A stretch of 32,000 bases of DNA from Bacillus subtilis subsp. subtilis str. 168 (GCF_000009045.1 NC_000964.3:600001-632000), one strand, 5' to 3'; positions 1 to 8,142 are shown, numbered from the stretch's first letter. Notes: generated by a model from the sequence alone, not told the origin. Translations and numbers: made by a program.

Positions 1-82
1 CTCTGTTGTTTTAGACACAGAGAACGGGCTGATGGAAACTGCAAATCCGTTATTAAAAACGCTGTTCCCGGATATCGAATGA
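1..82 (+). CDS. 3' end of an upstream CDS (partial). Frame 2 reads ...SVVLDTENGLMETANPLLKTLFPDIE* with TGA at 80-82. By B. subtilis synteny this is probably ydfQ, but identity is not verifiable from 26 codons.
   Basis: Open frame runs from the window edge to a stop at 80-82 with a protein-like composition. The track ORF at 79..366 in another frame looks spurious. Confidence 0.4.
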   Translation, partial: SVVLDTENGLMETANPLLKTLFPDIE

Positions 83-228
83 ATATAAACTGGGAATTTC
101 ATCATTCATCTCTCCTCTCTGTTATGACTGTTTATACAATATGGTGTGTGAGCAGCAGTTGCTTAAACAAAACGGCAAAAACTTTCAGTAAGAGACAAAA
201 ACCTGCAAAATGCCACAAGCGCCTTTTG

Positions 229-810
229 TTAATGCAGCTTTTTAGGGACGTTTTTTTTATTTTTTTTGCCAACTTCATCAAAAATATTCTGATTGCCAGA
301 CTGGGCTTGTCCGTCCTTATTTATGAAATCGGGGTGAATGAGTTTTTTCAGATCCCTGACTGTTAAAGGCTTGGCGTCATCAGTTAATTCTATTCCTAAT
401 TGCCCGTTTGCCTCTAATGTCGCAATTTTGACATCTTGTATAGCCGTAACGCCGTGAAGCCTTAGCTGCATTTCAAGCTGGTCAGCTGTAAGTCTCATCT
501 TCTTTAAGTTTTCGATATGAAGCTGTCCGTTTTCAATGACGATTTTTGCTTTTCCGGTTAACATCTTTTCAATGGTGTTCGATTTCATTTGGATCCATTC
601 CATAACGATGAGTGTGCTTGTGAAAATTGCCGCTGCAATTAATGTTTTGAAGAGGCTGTACTCGATGATTGGCTGAACGATAATAGTTCCGATCGAAATC
701 ATGACAACCGTTTGAGTCGACGTCATTTGTGCGATTGATTTCCTTCCTGAAATTCTCAGCAAAATGACCCCGGCTACAATGAGAACAAGAGATTCCCAAG
801 TGAAATTCAT
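229..810 (-). CDS. ydfR: DUF421 (YetF-family) integral membrane protein. The start is placed at ATG 808-810 (MNFTWESL...); the longest ORF runs to 906.
   Basis: Similarity to the neighbouring paralogue YdfS begins at this Met ([25 protein letters not shown] vs VIRTVASFGLLLIAERILGKQTISQMT). AGGTGG Shine-Dalgarno at 815-820. The 32-codon upstream extension has no SD. Confidence 0.85.
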
Positions 811-1018
811 GCTACCACCTGACCAATGATGAATTAGATTTGTCATGGGATTGGCTTTTCTTCCGGCCAATCGCAATTTAATATATCCGAAAGGCAGTCG
901 GTTCATTCTGTCCTGAACCGAACAATATTTTTGGTATAGATGGATATATTAAGCCAAACAATGATAGCAACAGGAGTTTTTTGGCCGAAACAATCTGGGA
1001 AGCGGGGAGCGCCATAAC

Positions 1019-1726
1019 ATGATTGAACTTGAAGTTGTCATTAGAACGGTTGCCAGCTTTGGCTTGCTGTTAATCGCAGAACGAATTTTAGGCAAACAGA
1101 CAATCTCTCAAATGACGATTTTTGATTTTATTGCGGCGATCACACTAGGGGCGATTGCTGCCGGATTAGCTTACAATACTTCAATAAAACCGCACAATAT
1201 GGCCATTTCGTTTAGTATTTTTGTGCTAACCATTTTTCTAATTTCGTTTCTGTCGATAAAGAACAGGAAGCTGAGGAAATTTTTTGCCGGAGATCCAACA
1301 GTGCTGATTCAAAACGGGAAGATACTTGAATCAAATATGAGGAAAATGCGTTACACACTTGATTATTTAAATCAGCAATTACGGGAAAAAGAAATATTTA
1401 ATATCGAAGAAGTTCTTTTTGCCATTCTTGAAACGAATGGTCAGCTGACTGTGTTAAGAAAACCGCAATTCCGGCATGTGACCAAACAGGATTTAATGAT
1501 TGCGGTAAACCAAGAACAAAGGCTTCCGATAGAACTTATTATGGACGGAGAAATCATTGAGAATAATTTAAAGCAGAATCGTTTGACGGAATCCTGGCTT
1601 TTGGAAGAATTGCGAAAAAGAGACATAAAGGTGAAAGAGACCGTGTACGCAGTGCTGCTGGGTAATGGGGATATTTATGTGGATCAATATAAAGACCATA
1701 TATCAGTCCCTATGGATAAGGAATGA
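1019..1726 (+). CDS. ydfS: DUF421 (YetF-family) integral membrane protein, 235 aa
   Basis: Three N-terminal TM helices followed by a soluble C-terminal domain. Paralogue of ydfR. GGGGAG SD lies 9 nt upstream of the ATG. Confidence 0.9.
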   Translation: MIELEVVIRTVASFGLLLIAERILGKQTISQMTIFDFIAAITLGAIAAGLAYNTSIKPHNMAISFSIFVLTIFLISFLSIKNRKLRKFFAGDPTVLIQNGKILESNMRKMRYTLDYLNQQLREKEIFNIEEVLFAILETNGQLTVLRKPQFRHVTKQDLMIAVNQEQRLPIELIMDGEIIENNLKQNRLTESWLLEELRKRDIKVKETVYAVLLGNGDIYVDQYKDHISVPMDKE

Positions 1727-1740
1727 AGGAACAATCAATC

Positions 1741-2172
1741 TTAAAGCCCCTTATTGAACGCAACGGTTTCAACTTGTCTTGGGTACGAAATATGCAGAAG
1801 CCCGTTTAACAGCTGAATCTGTAACAAATGAGTTTCAGCGGCTTCGGGAAGCTGAATGATTCGCTCAATTTCTCCGTAATACCGTTCACGCAGCACTTCC
1901 ATTTCGGCTGGAAAAACAGGCGTGATCGTTCCTTTGATCAGCAGCTGGGTTTTAGACAGTAAACGGATCGTTAATTCTTCCTCATACACACCGGGCATTT
2001 CCACAATGATAAAATTATATTCCTCATCTTGATAAAAGTCGTAAACAAACGTAGAAGCTTCGGAATCAAAAAAATGTTCCGGGGCTTTATATTTGAGCAC
2101 ATTTGTCCAAAAGTCACTTTGTTTATATTCATTCGTAATCTCAAGCCACTTTCGAATTTTTTCGAAATCCAT
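1741..2172 (-). CDS. cotP: Spore coat protein CotP, small heat-shock (alpha-crystallin/HSP20)-like, 143 aa
   Basis: HSP20-like core (FIIVEMPGV...LLIKG...ERYYGEIERIIQLPE...NGLLHISYP). AAGGAG SD sits directly after the ydgA stop. Confidence 0.9.
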   Translation of the reverse strand: MDFEKIRKWLEITNEYKQSDFWTNVLKYKAPEHFFDSEASTFVYDFYQDEEYNFIIVEMPGVYEEELTIRLLSKTQLLIKGTITPVFPAEMEVLRERYYGEIERIIQLPEAAETHLLQIQLLNGLLHISYPRQVETVAFNKGL

Positions 2173-2184
2173 ATGAGATTCTCC

Positions 2185-2427
2185 TTAAATTTGATTTGAA
2201 ATCGGCGCAGAAGGGTTTCCGATTTGGTCTTGGTCACTAACGTCTGAATCAATATTTCCAGTGTTTAAAAGTGAAGACGTAGGCGAAAGATCCCCTAAGG
2301 AAAAGTTTGCTCCAAAATATTTGCTGTTCGCAGTATGGCTGTTGTGCACAGTCGGACCGACATCTATATTTCCGTTTTGCGTGACGCCGTTGATCTTAAT
2401 ATTTGCGATATTAATTTGATATGGCAT
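2185..2427 (-). CDS. ydgA: GerPF/GerPA-like small spore protein, 80 aa
   Basis: MPxxI/VN...IKIN...NG...DSDVSDQDQIGN pattern typical of GerPF-type proteins. AAGGGG SD. 13-nt gap after ydgB. Confidence 0.85.
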   Translation of the reverse strand: MPYQINIANIKINGVTQNGNIDVGPTVHNSHTANSKYFGANFSLGDLSPTSSLLNTGNIDSDVSDQDQIGNPSAPISNQI

Positions 2428-2440
2428 AGACGAAACCCCT

Positions 2441-2713
2441 TTAATCTAAAATTGGCGGTGGTGCAATCGGAGGAGCATTAACGTTGGATGTATCAGAGTT
2501 GCCGATAGATGTCTGGTCATTTACATCAGGATCGTTTAAGAAGTTTTCCATTACGGATTCTGTAGGTGATGTATCACCGAAAGAAGAGTTGGTCCCTTGA
2601 GATTTTTGATTGTTGGTAGGGCTGTTATAAGCAGCTTCGCCTATTGTAATTGAACCATTGCCCGAAATACTGTTGATCTTCAAATAATATAGGTTGATTA
2701 CTGTAGACGGCAT
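2441..2713 (-). CDS. ydgB: GerPF/GerPA-like small spore protein. Start placed at ATG 2711-2713 (MPSTVINLYYLKIN...); the longest ORF runs to 2767.
   Basis: Paralogue of YdgA, with alignment starting at the MP... residues. GGAAGGGTG SD at 2721-2729. The 18-codon extension would begin upstream of the predicted promoter -10. Confidence 0.8.
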   Translation of the reverse strand: MPSTVINLYYLKINSISGNGSITIGEAAYNSPTNNQKSQGTNSSFGDTSPTESVMENFLNDPDVNDQTSIGNSDTSNVNAPPIAPPPILD

Positions 2714-2743
2714 CCCATCACACCCTTCCATCTTTCTGTACAG

Positions 2744-2771
2744 TACATTATGCGCCGCTGCACCCAATTGT
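2744..2771 (-). promoter_or_regulatory. Sporulation (sigmaK-type) promoter candidate for ydgB-ydgA-cotP: AC - 17 nt - CATAATGTA
   Basis: Minus strand reads GGAAC-aattgggtgcagcggcg-CATAATGTA. The -10 lies at 2744-2752 and the AC at 2770-2771, matching the AC-N17-CATAnnnTA consensus. Confidence 0.4.
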
Positions 2772-2933
2772 TCCTTGCATTTACGGGCAAAACTCTATCT
2801 GGCCCCGGAGTGATGCTCAATTATCAGTGAATGAAAAGCCATTGATATAGGAATCAATGAATTGATTCAGTTATTCGAAATGCATGAGACCTTTTAATAA
2901 AGGAAGCTGGCAAACAGGATCAGTTTGAAATAA

Positions 2934-2995
2934 TTGACAATGAAGCTAATGCCATGAAATAATACTCGTGAGTAACATTACTCGTGGGTATTATT
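2934..2995 (+). promoter_or_regulatory. ydgC promoter (TTGACA 2934-2939, 18-nt spacer, TGaAATAAT extended -10 at 2955-2963) overlapped by tandem palindromic operator sites
   Basis: TACTCGTGAGTA (2963-2974) and TACTCGTGGGTA (2979-2990) are each dyad-symmetric. They are nested in the outer inverted repeat AATAATAC / GTATTATT (2958-2965 / 2988-2995). Confidence 0.55.
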
Positions 2996-3011
2996 TTTGG
3001 GGTGGTCCTAG

Positions 3012-3599
3012 TTGAAAAGTAAAGGAGTAGAAAGCCGAAAACGATTACTTAAAGCTGCCGCTAATGAATTTTCGGTTCGGGGATTCCATGACGCGAAGGT
3101 AAGTGAAATTGTGAAAAAAGCTGGGTTCACGCAGCCTTCATTTTACCTGTACTTTCAAAGCAAAGAAGCCATCTTTGCCGAGTTAATAACCGATTTTCAC
3201 TCTCGAGTCAGAAAGCTGACAGAGTCACTTCTTCTGGAAAACGGATTAAACACGGAGGATGTGTCAAAACGGGTACTGCTAGCTGTAGAGACTGTTTTTC
3301 AATTTTTGGATGAGGACAAGGATTTAACCAAGATCGGCTTTTTTCTCAACCCGGAAGCAAAACAAATGAAAAAAGACTTGGCGATGGTTTTGAAAGAGAA
3401 CTTAGAAGCAGAACAGCGGCTTGGCTATTTTCACTCTGAACTGGATATGGAAACTGTCGCTGAGTGTTTGGTCGGCATGATTGAACATTTAACCGAATCA
3501 TTTTTGTTAACCGGAATCAAAGATCCGGCAAGCCTCGCAGCAGAGGTTGTGAATCTTTTAATTTACGGGATGCTTCCGAAAGGGAATGATGTAAGATGA
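3012..3599 (+). CDS. ydgC: TetR-family transcriptional regulator, 195 aa, TTG start
   Basis: N-terminal TetR HTH (FHDAKVSEIVKKAGFTQPSFYLYFQSKEAIF). GGGGTGG SD lies 6 nt before the TTG. Confidence 0.9.
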   Translation: MKSKGVESRKRLLKAAANEFSVRGFHDAKVSEIVKKAGFTQPSFYLYFQSKEAIFAELITDFHSRVRKLTESLLLENGLNTEDVSKRVLLAVETVFQFLDEDKDLTKIGFFLNPEAKQMKKDLAMVLKENLEAEQRLGYFHSELDMETVAECLVGMIEHLTESFLLTGIKDPASLAAEVVNLLIYGMLPKGNDVR

Positions 3600-3940
3600 T
3601 ATCTATTATGATGAAAGTCAGTTTGGCAGTTTTTATGCTTGCGGGAGGCATCATAAAGGTAAGCCGCGTTCCCTTTCAAGTTGAGCATTGGCGGCATTAT
3701 CAATATCCATTATGGTTTCTGACTGTTACTGGCATTCTTGAAATAGCCGGGGCACTTGCTATGACAGCGGGAATTTGGAATCGGTATGCAGCAATTGGAG
3801 CAGGTGTTCTGTTTGTCGTTCTCATGGCGGGAGCAATTCATGCGCATATGTTTCGAGCAAGACAATCTGTCATCATGGCGATACAAGCGATGATTTGTTT
3901 GATTGTTTCAATCATGATCATCATGGGGAGTTACACGTAA
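3596..3940 (+). CDS. ydgD: DoxX-family small membrane protein, 114 aa
   Basis: Four predicted TM helices. ATGA start/stop overlap with ydgC (3596-3599) implies translational coupling. Confidence 0.85.
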   Translation: MISIMMKVSLAVFMLAGGIIKVSRVPFQVEHWRHYQYPLWFLTVTGILEIAGALAMTAGIWNRYAAIGAGVLFVVLMAGAIHAHMFRARQSVIMAIQAMICLIVSIMIIMGSYT

Positions 3941-4102
3941 GCTTTTCACTAATGTTTAAGAACAAGCCCATTTGCAGGAAATCTCCTTTTCTTATCGAAT
4001 AATAGAAAGTCCAGGAATTAACTGAATCAGTAAAATAGAGCTCCATTTCTGTGTTATTCGTCCGGCATCAGCTGGGCTTTTTTTATAAAGGAGGAATACA
4101 GG

Positions 4103-4576
4103 ATGGCATTCACTTTGGAAGACATGACTGAGGAAGAGTTCGAAGCCTTTCGCGGGATGTCCGTGCAAAATTTTGCGAAACAAAACATAACGTCAGGAAC
4201 TTGGACGGAAAAAGAGGCATTTGAGAAATCGGAGCAGGCATATGAGAACATGATTCCGAATGGGCGAGACAGCAGCAATCATTATTTTTGGAACATCACA
4301 AATGACCAAGGAGAAAGAATGGGCTGGCTCTGGCTGTATGCTGATCCATTACATCCGCAAAAGGAAGCGTTTATCTATTCCTTTGGATTGTATGAAGCCT
4401 TTCGCGGAAAAGGACTTGCTCAATTGGCGCTTCAAACGCTTGATGAAAGAGCAAGAGAGCTTGGTGCGGAAAGGCTGGCTCTACATGTATTTGCACACAA
4501 CGAGACAGCCGTCTATCTTTATCAGAAGATGGGCTATGCCATGACCAATATACGTATGCGGAAACAGCTATGCTGA
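4103..4576 (+). CDS. ydgE: GNAT-family N-acetyltransferase, 157 aa
   Basis: Acetyl-CoA motif A (FRGKGLAQLAL). AAGGAGG SD lies 8 nt upstream. Confidence 0.9.
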   Translation: MAFTLEDMTEEEFEAFRGMSVQNFAKQNITSGTWTEKEAFEKSEQAYENMIPNGRDSSNHYFWNITNDQGERMGWLWLYADPLHPQKEAFIYSFGLYEAFRGKGLAQLALQTLDERARELGAERLALHVFAHNETAVYLYQKMGYAMTNIRMRKQLC

Positions 4577-4685
4577 AAAGCCGCTTACGTTACCCAAATA
4601 CAACATGCCTATCTGGAAGCGGTGGCAGGGTACTATAAGTCATCATTAGAAAGATTAAGGTCATGGGAGGCTTGAACATATAAAG

Positions 4686-4712
4686 AAAAAGGACAACAGC
4701 TGTTGTCCTTTT
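4686..4712. terminator. Bidirectional rho-independent terminator shared by ydgE (+) and vmlR (-)
   Basis: Perfect 18-nt dyad GGACAACAGCTGTTGTCC (4691-4708), flanked by an A5 run on one side and a T4 run on the other. Confidence 0.85.
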
Positions 4713-4735
4713 CAATGCCGCTTGAACTTTCTCCC

Positions 4736-6379
4736 TCAGTCTTTTTTGTCTTGATGATCCAGCTCTTTTATTCGTTTCGTAAGCTCATTGAAAGCCTGAT
4801 CAAGCTCCTTATACCCTTTATCATTTGGCGTCATAAAACTGAGCTTTCCCAGCACTTCTTGTCTTTCTGTCTCAAGCTTTAACCGAAGCTCCTCCCGCTC
4901 ATTTCTTTCTGAAGGAACGTCGTTTAACTGCTTTTCGATGCCGTTGTTTGAGATGACGAGTTTACTGTTTGTTGTTTTTTCGAGAAAGTATCGGTCATGT
5001 GAAACCGCCAGCAATGTGCCGCTGTATTGTGACAGTGTTTCTTCCAGCTGTTCGCGTGACGGCAGGTCGAGATGGTTTGTCGGCTCATCTAAAATCAGCA
5101 CGTCTTTTTCCTCCAGAATATATGCCATCAGCTTGATCTTTACACGCTCACCCATACTCATATGCTTGATCGGTTCAGTCCATTGGGCGGCTGTAAAACC
5201 TAAGTGCCTCATCAGATTTTGAACGTGCCCCCTTGCTTTGAATGTTTCATTCTCAAATAACTCTTCCGGTGTTTGTTCTAAAGGCAAATCAAACACCTCC
5301 TGCGTTAAATAGCCGATGTTTGCGGACGGCGACACCCATACACTTCCTTCTGCTGTTTCCTGTCCCAGAATGATGTTCAGTAATGTCGTTTTTCCGCTGC
5401 CATTGGGGCCTATGATCGCAACCTTTTCGCCGTGCTGAATTGTAAAGTTTGCGTTTTTAAAGAGAGTCCTTTCTCCAAACGCTTTTGTTACATTCTGAAC
5501 TTCTAAAAAACGTTTTCCTGTTTTGTGGGTTGTATCGATTGAAAAGCGGACTGTATATTCTGGGGTAACGGGTTCCGCCTTTGCTTTTTCAAGCTCTTTT
5601 TCAAGCCGCTTCTGCTTGGATTTTATCTGGGCATCCGTACGCTTCGCTTTTACCCGGTGATATTCTTTAAACCCTTCCTTTTTCGTCGATTGAGCATGGG
5701 CTTTTTCCGACCAAGAAGCGAGCCCATTCATTTGTGCTTCAATCCGTTCAACCATTTTTTGCTGCTTTTCATATTCACGCTGCTGGGTGAGTCTTTTCTT
5801 CTCCCGGAACTTCATATACCCGGAGTAATTCCCTTTGAATTCAATCAGCGTCTGATCCTCAAGCGACCATATTTTTGTTGCGGCTTCGTCTAAAAAATAT
5901 CGATCGTGAGAAACGAGAATCACAGTGCCGTTATAATGTTTCAGCTGTTGGATGAGAAATTGCAAGCTTTTTTCATCAAGGTGGTTTGTCGGTTCATCTA
6001 ACAGCAGCAGATCTGCATCCTCTGATAGTCCTTTCGCCAGCCGCGCTTTCAGTTTTTCACCGCCGCTTAACTGATGAAAATCACGAAGAGGCACATGCCA
6101 TTTCTCCAGTAACTTCTTTTCGGCAGGTGTCTGATCCGCAAAGGAATACGCCGCGGTTTCCTGTTCAACCAAAGCCAGTTTTATATCCTTCCGAAGGATT
6201 TGACCCTGTGCAGGGGCTAAGTCATTGTGAATGAGGTGCAGCAACGTAGATTTCCCAGCGCCGTTTTTGCCGATAATCCCAATGATATCTCCTTGCTGAA
6301 CACTGGCGTTTACATGTTTAAAAACAGTTTGATCCTTTACTTCATAGCTAACGTTTGTTAATGTTACGATCTCTTTCAT
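4736..6379 (-). CDS. vmlR: ABC-F (ARE) ribosome-protection ATPase VmlR/ExpZ (virginiamycin M / lincomycin resistance), 547 aa
   Basis: Two NBDs (Walker A GKNGAGKST and GPNGSGKTT; signatures LSGGE and MSMGE). A charged inter-domain linker, a C-terminal extension and no TM domain. GAGGGA SD. Confidence 0.95.
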   Translation of the reverse strand: MKEIVTLTNVSYEVKDQTVFKHVNASVQQGDIIGIIGKNGAGKSTLLHLIHNDLAPAQGQILRKDIKLALVEQETAAYSFADQTPAEKKLLEKWHVPLRDFHQLSGGEKLKARLAKGLSEDADLLLLDEPTNHLDEKSLQFLIQQLKHYNGTVILVSHDRYFLDEAATKIWSLEDQTLIEFKGNYSGYMKFREKKRLTQQREYEKQQKMVERIEAQMNGLASWSEKAHAQSTKKEGFKEYHRVKAKRTDAQIKSKQKRLEKELEKAKAEPVTPEYTVRFSIDTTHKTGKRFLEVQNVTKAFGERTLFKNANFTIQHGEKVAIIGPNGSGKTTLLNIILGQETAEGSVWVSPSANIGYLTQEVFDLPLEQTPEELFENETFKARGHVQNLMRHLGFTAAQWTEPIKHMSMGERVKIKLMAYILEEKDVLILDEPTNHLDLPSREQLEETLSQYSGTLLAVSHDRYFLEKTTNSKLVISNNGIEKQLNDVPSERNEREELRLKLETERQEVLGKLSFMTPNDKGYKELDQAFNELTKRIKELDHQDKKD

Positions 6380-6620
6380 CCATATCCCTCGCTTTAAAGG
6401 GAGAATAAAAAAATCCTCCCAAATGTGTTGGAAGGATTAGCCGTGCCTGTGCATGATCAAATAAGCTATTTTTTATAAATAGCAGTGTCGTATATATAGA
6501 AAATGGGCAGACTAATCCTATTTTTTGATTTGAAATATTGATTTCAAACGGTAAAAATAAGATTAGTTAATCATTGTCCACCCATCATCCCTTCTTGTTT
6601 TGATTACAAACACTATAGCA
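6380..6620 (-). promoter_or_regulatory. vmlR promoter (extended -10 TGCTATAGT, 6612-6620) plus an approx. 225-nt attenuation leader with mini-uORFs and antiterminator/terminator alternatives
   Basis: See the related finding. AGGATTAG (6512-6519) is complementary to the terminator 5' arm CTAATCCT (6433-6440). Hairpin TTTGAAAT-CAAT-ATTTCAAA at 6529-6548. Mini-ORFs at 6571-6588 and 6563-6574. Confidence 0.7.
6407..6438 (-). terminator. Intrinsic terminator inside the vmlR leader (attenuator)
   Basis: Minus strand reads AATCCTTCC-aacacattt-GGGAGGATT followed by T7. It ends about 15 nt before the vmlR SD. Confidence 0.85.
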
Positions 6621-6655
6621 TACCTTTAAATTCAAAAGCAAAGGTCATTTTCATC

Positions 6656-6691
6656 AAAAAAACTCCTGCTCTCATTTTTGAGGCAGGAGTT
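6656..6691 (-). terminator. Rho-independent terminator of ydgF
   Basis: Minus strand reads AACTCCTGCCTC-aaaaat-GAGAGCAGGAGTT followed by T7, immediately after the ydgF stop at 6699. Confidence 0.85.
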
Positions 6692-6698
6692 TTGAGTC

Positions 6699-8075
6699 TT
6701 ATTGATGCTTCGCTTTTCTCACTTTATAAATCACAATCAGCAAAATAAACCAAACCGGTGTGACAAATAAGGAAACACGAGTATCCTGTGCCAGTGCCAG
6801 CACAACCAGAACAAACGCCAGGAACGCAAGAATCAGGTAATTTGTAAACGGATAAAGCGGAAGCTTAAACTTGTTTGTTTTCGCTAATTCAGGTCTTGTT
6901 TTGCGGTATTTCATATGGCAGATGACCGTAATCCCCCAAATGTAGATAAAGCATACGGTTGAAATACTTGTGATCAGGGTGAATACGCCTTCTGGCATGA
7001 TGTAGTTTAACGTAACACCGATTAAAATCACGATAGCTGAAAAGAATAAAGCATTTCTAGGCACTTTACGCTGAGTCAGTTTCGCCATTGACTCAGGCGC
7101 ATTGTGATCTTTCGCCAGGGAATAGACCATACGGCTTGTACTGAATACAGCGCTGTTGCATGCTGAAGCAGCGGATGTCAACACAACAAAGTTGATAATA
7201 CTTGCAGCCCCGACGATGCCAACAGCGACAAATACTTGTACGAATGGGCTTTCGCTGGGATTGATGATATCCCAAGGATAGATGCTCATAATCACGAGAA
7301 GAGCCCCGATATAAAAAAGCAGCACACGGACAGGAATATTGTTGATCGCCTTAGGGATTACTTTTTCAGGGTTTTCTGTTTCACCGGCCGTAAGCCCGAC
7401 AAGCTCAATGCCGACAAAAGCAAACACAACCATCTGGAACGAGAGGATAAACCCGTGCATGCCATTCGGGAACAGGCCTCCGTGGCTCCAGAGGTTTGTG
7501 AAGCTGGACACTCCTGAGCTTGTGGAAAAGCCTTTGAAAATCATCACAAGGCCAATGACGATTAACGCCAAAATGGCAATGACTTTAATCAAAGCGAACC
7601 AAAATTCTAATTCTCCAAAAAGCTTGACTGTCGCCAGATTCATAATCAGTAAAATAATAAGAGCGATTAAGCCAGGCACCCATTGCGGCACACCCGGGAG
7701 CCAATATTGAGTGTAGAGCCCGACTGCTGTCAGATCAGCCATCGCAATGGAAATCCAGCAGAACCAATATGTCCAGCCGGTGATAAAAGCTGCCATATCG
7801 CCTAGGTAGTCTTGTACAAAATCCACAAAAGAGTGATAGTTCAAGTTTGATAACAGCAGTTCACCCAGCGATCTCATAATTAAAAAGCAAATGATCCCTG
7901 TGATCATATAAGCAAATAAAATCGAAGGTCCGGCAAAATGAATCGATTTGCCCGAGCCGAGAAATAAGCCTGTCCCAATGGCTCCGCCGATGGCGATGAG
8001 CTGGATATGCCTGTTTTTCAAGCCTCTCTGCAACGTTTGCTGATTTATATTGTCTTTCGTCATGTCGTCTGTCAC
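6699..8075 (-). CDS. ydgF: APC-superfamily amino-acid permease (CycA/AapA-like), 458 aa, GTG start
   Basis: Twelve TM helices and the permease signature IAIGGAIGTGLFLGSG. GGAGGA SD lies 9 nt before the GTG at 8073-8075. Confidence 0.9.
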   Translation of the reverse strand: MTDDMTKDNINQQTLQRGLKNRHIQLIAIGGAIGTGLFLGSGKSIHFAGPSILFAYMITGIICFLIMRSLGELLLSNLNYHSFVDFVQDYLGDMAAFITGWTYWFCWISIAMADLTAVGLYTQYWLPGVPQWVPGLIALIILLIMNLATVKLFGELEFWFALIKVIAILALIVIGLVMIFKGFSTSSGVSSFTNLWSHGGLFPNGMHGFILSFQMVVFAFVGIELVGLTAGETENPEKVIPKAINNIPVRVLLFYIGALLVIMSIYPWDIINPSESPFVQVFVAVGIVGAASIINFVVLTSAASACNSAVFSTSRMVYSLAKDHNAPESMAKLTQRKVPRNALFFSAIVILIGVTLNYIMPEGVFTLITSISTVCFIYIWGITVICHMKYRKTRPELAKTNKFKLPLYPFTNYLILAFLAFVLVVLALAQDTRVSLFVTPVWFILLIVIYKVRKAKHQ

Positions 8076-8133
8076 TTTATGTGTTCCTCCATTGAAAATT
8101 GTTTATTGAGTCAGCAATCTATTTTTAATGATT

Positions 8134-8142
8134 ATTATAACA
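8134..8142 (-). promoter_or_regulatory. Candidate extended -10 promoter element (TGTTATAAT) for ydgF
   Basis: The minus strand reads agTGtTATAAT about 55 nt upstream of the ydgF start. The -35 region is A-rich and poor. Confidence 0.35.

Noticed and set aside
79-366. 95-aa + strand ORF at the left edge
   Set aside because: It has no SD and an odd, low-complexity composition. It overlaps the 3' end of ydfR antisense, and its first codons overlap the better-supported frame-2 CDS end (stop at 80-82).
811-906. N-terminal 32-codon extension of ydfR
   Set aside because: There is no SD and no similarity to the paralogue YdfS. A strong AGGTGG precedes the internal ATG at 810.
4938-6234. Three + strand ORFs (4938-5222, 5657-5893, 5986-6234) antisense to vmlR
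   Set aside because: They are fully nested in a well-supported ABC-F gene, have no SDs, and have compositions typical of antisense frames.
7093-7710. ORFs nested in or antisense to ydgF (7093-7275 on the minus strand; 7236-7517 and 7339-7710 on the plus strand)
   Set aside because: These are shadow ORFs of a 12-TM permease gene. They have no ribosome-binding sites and no recognisable domains.
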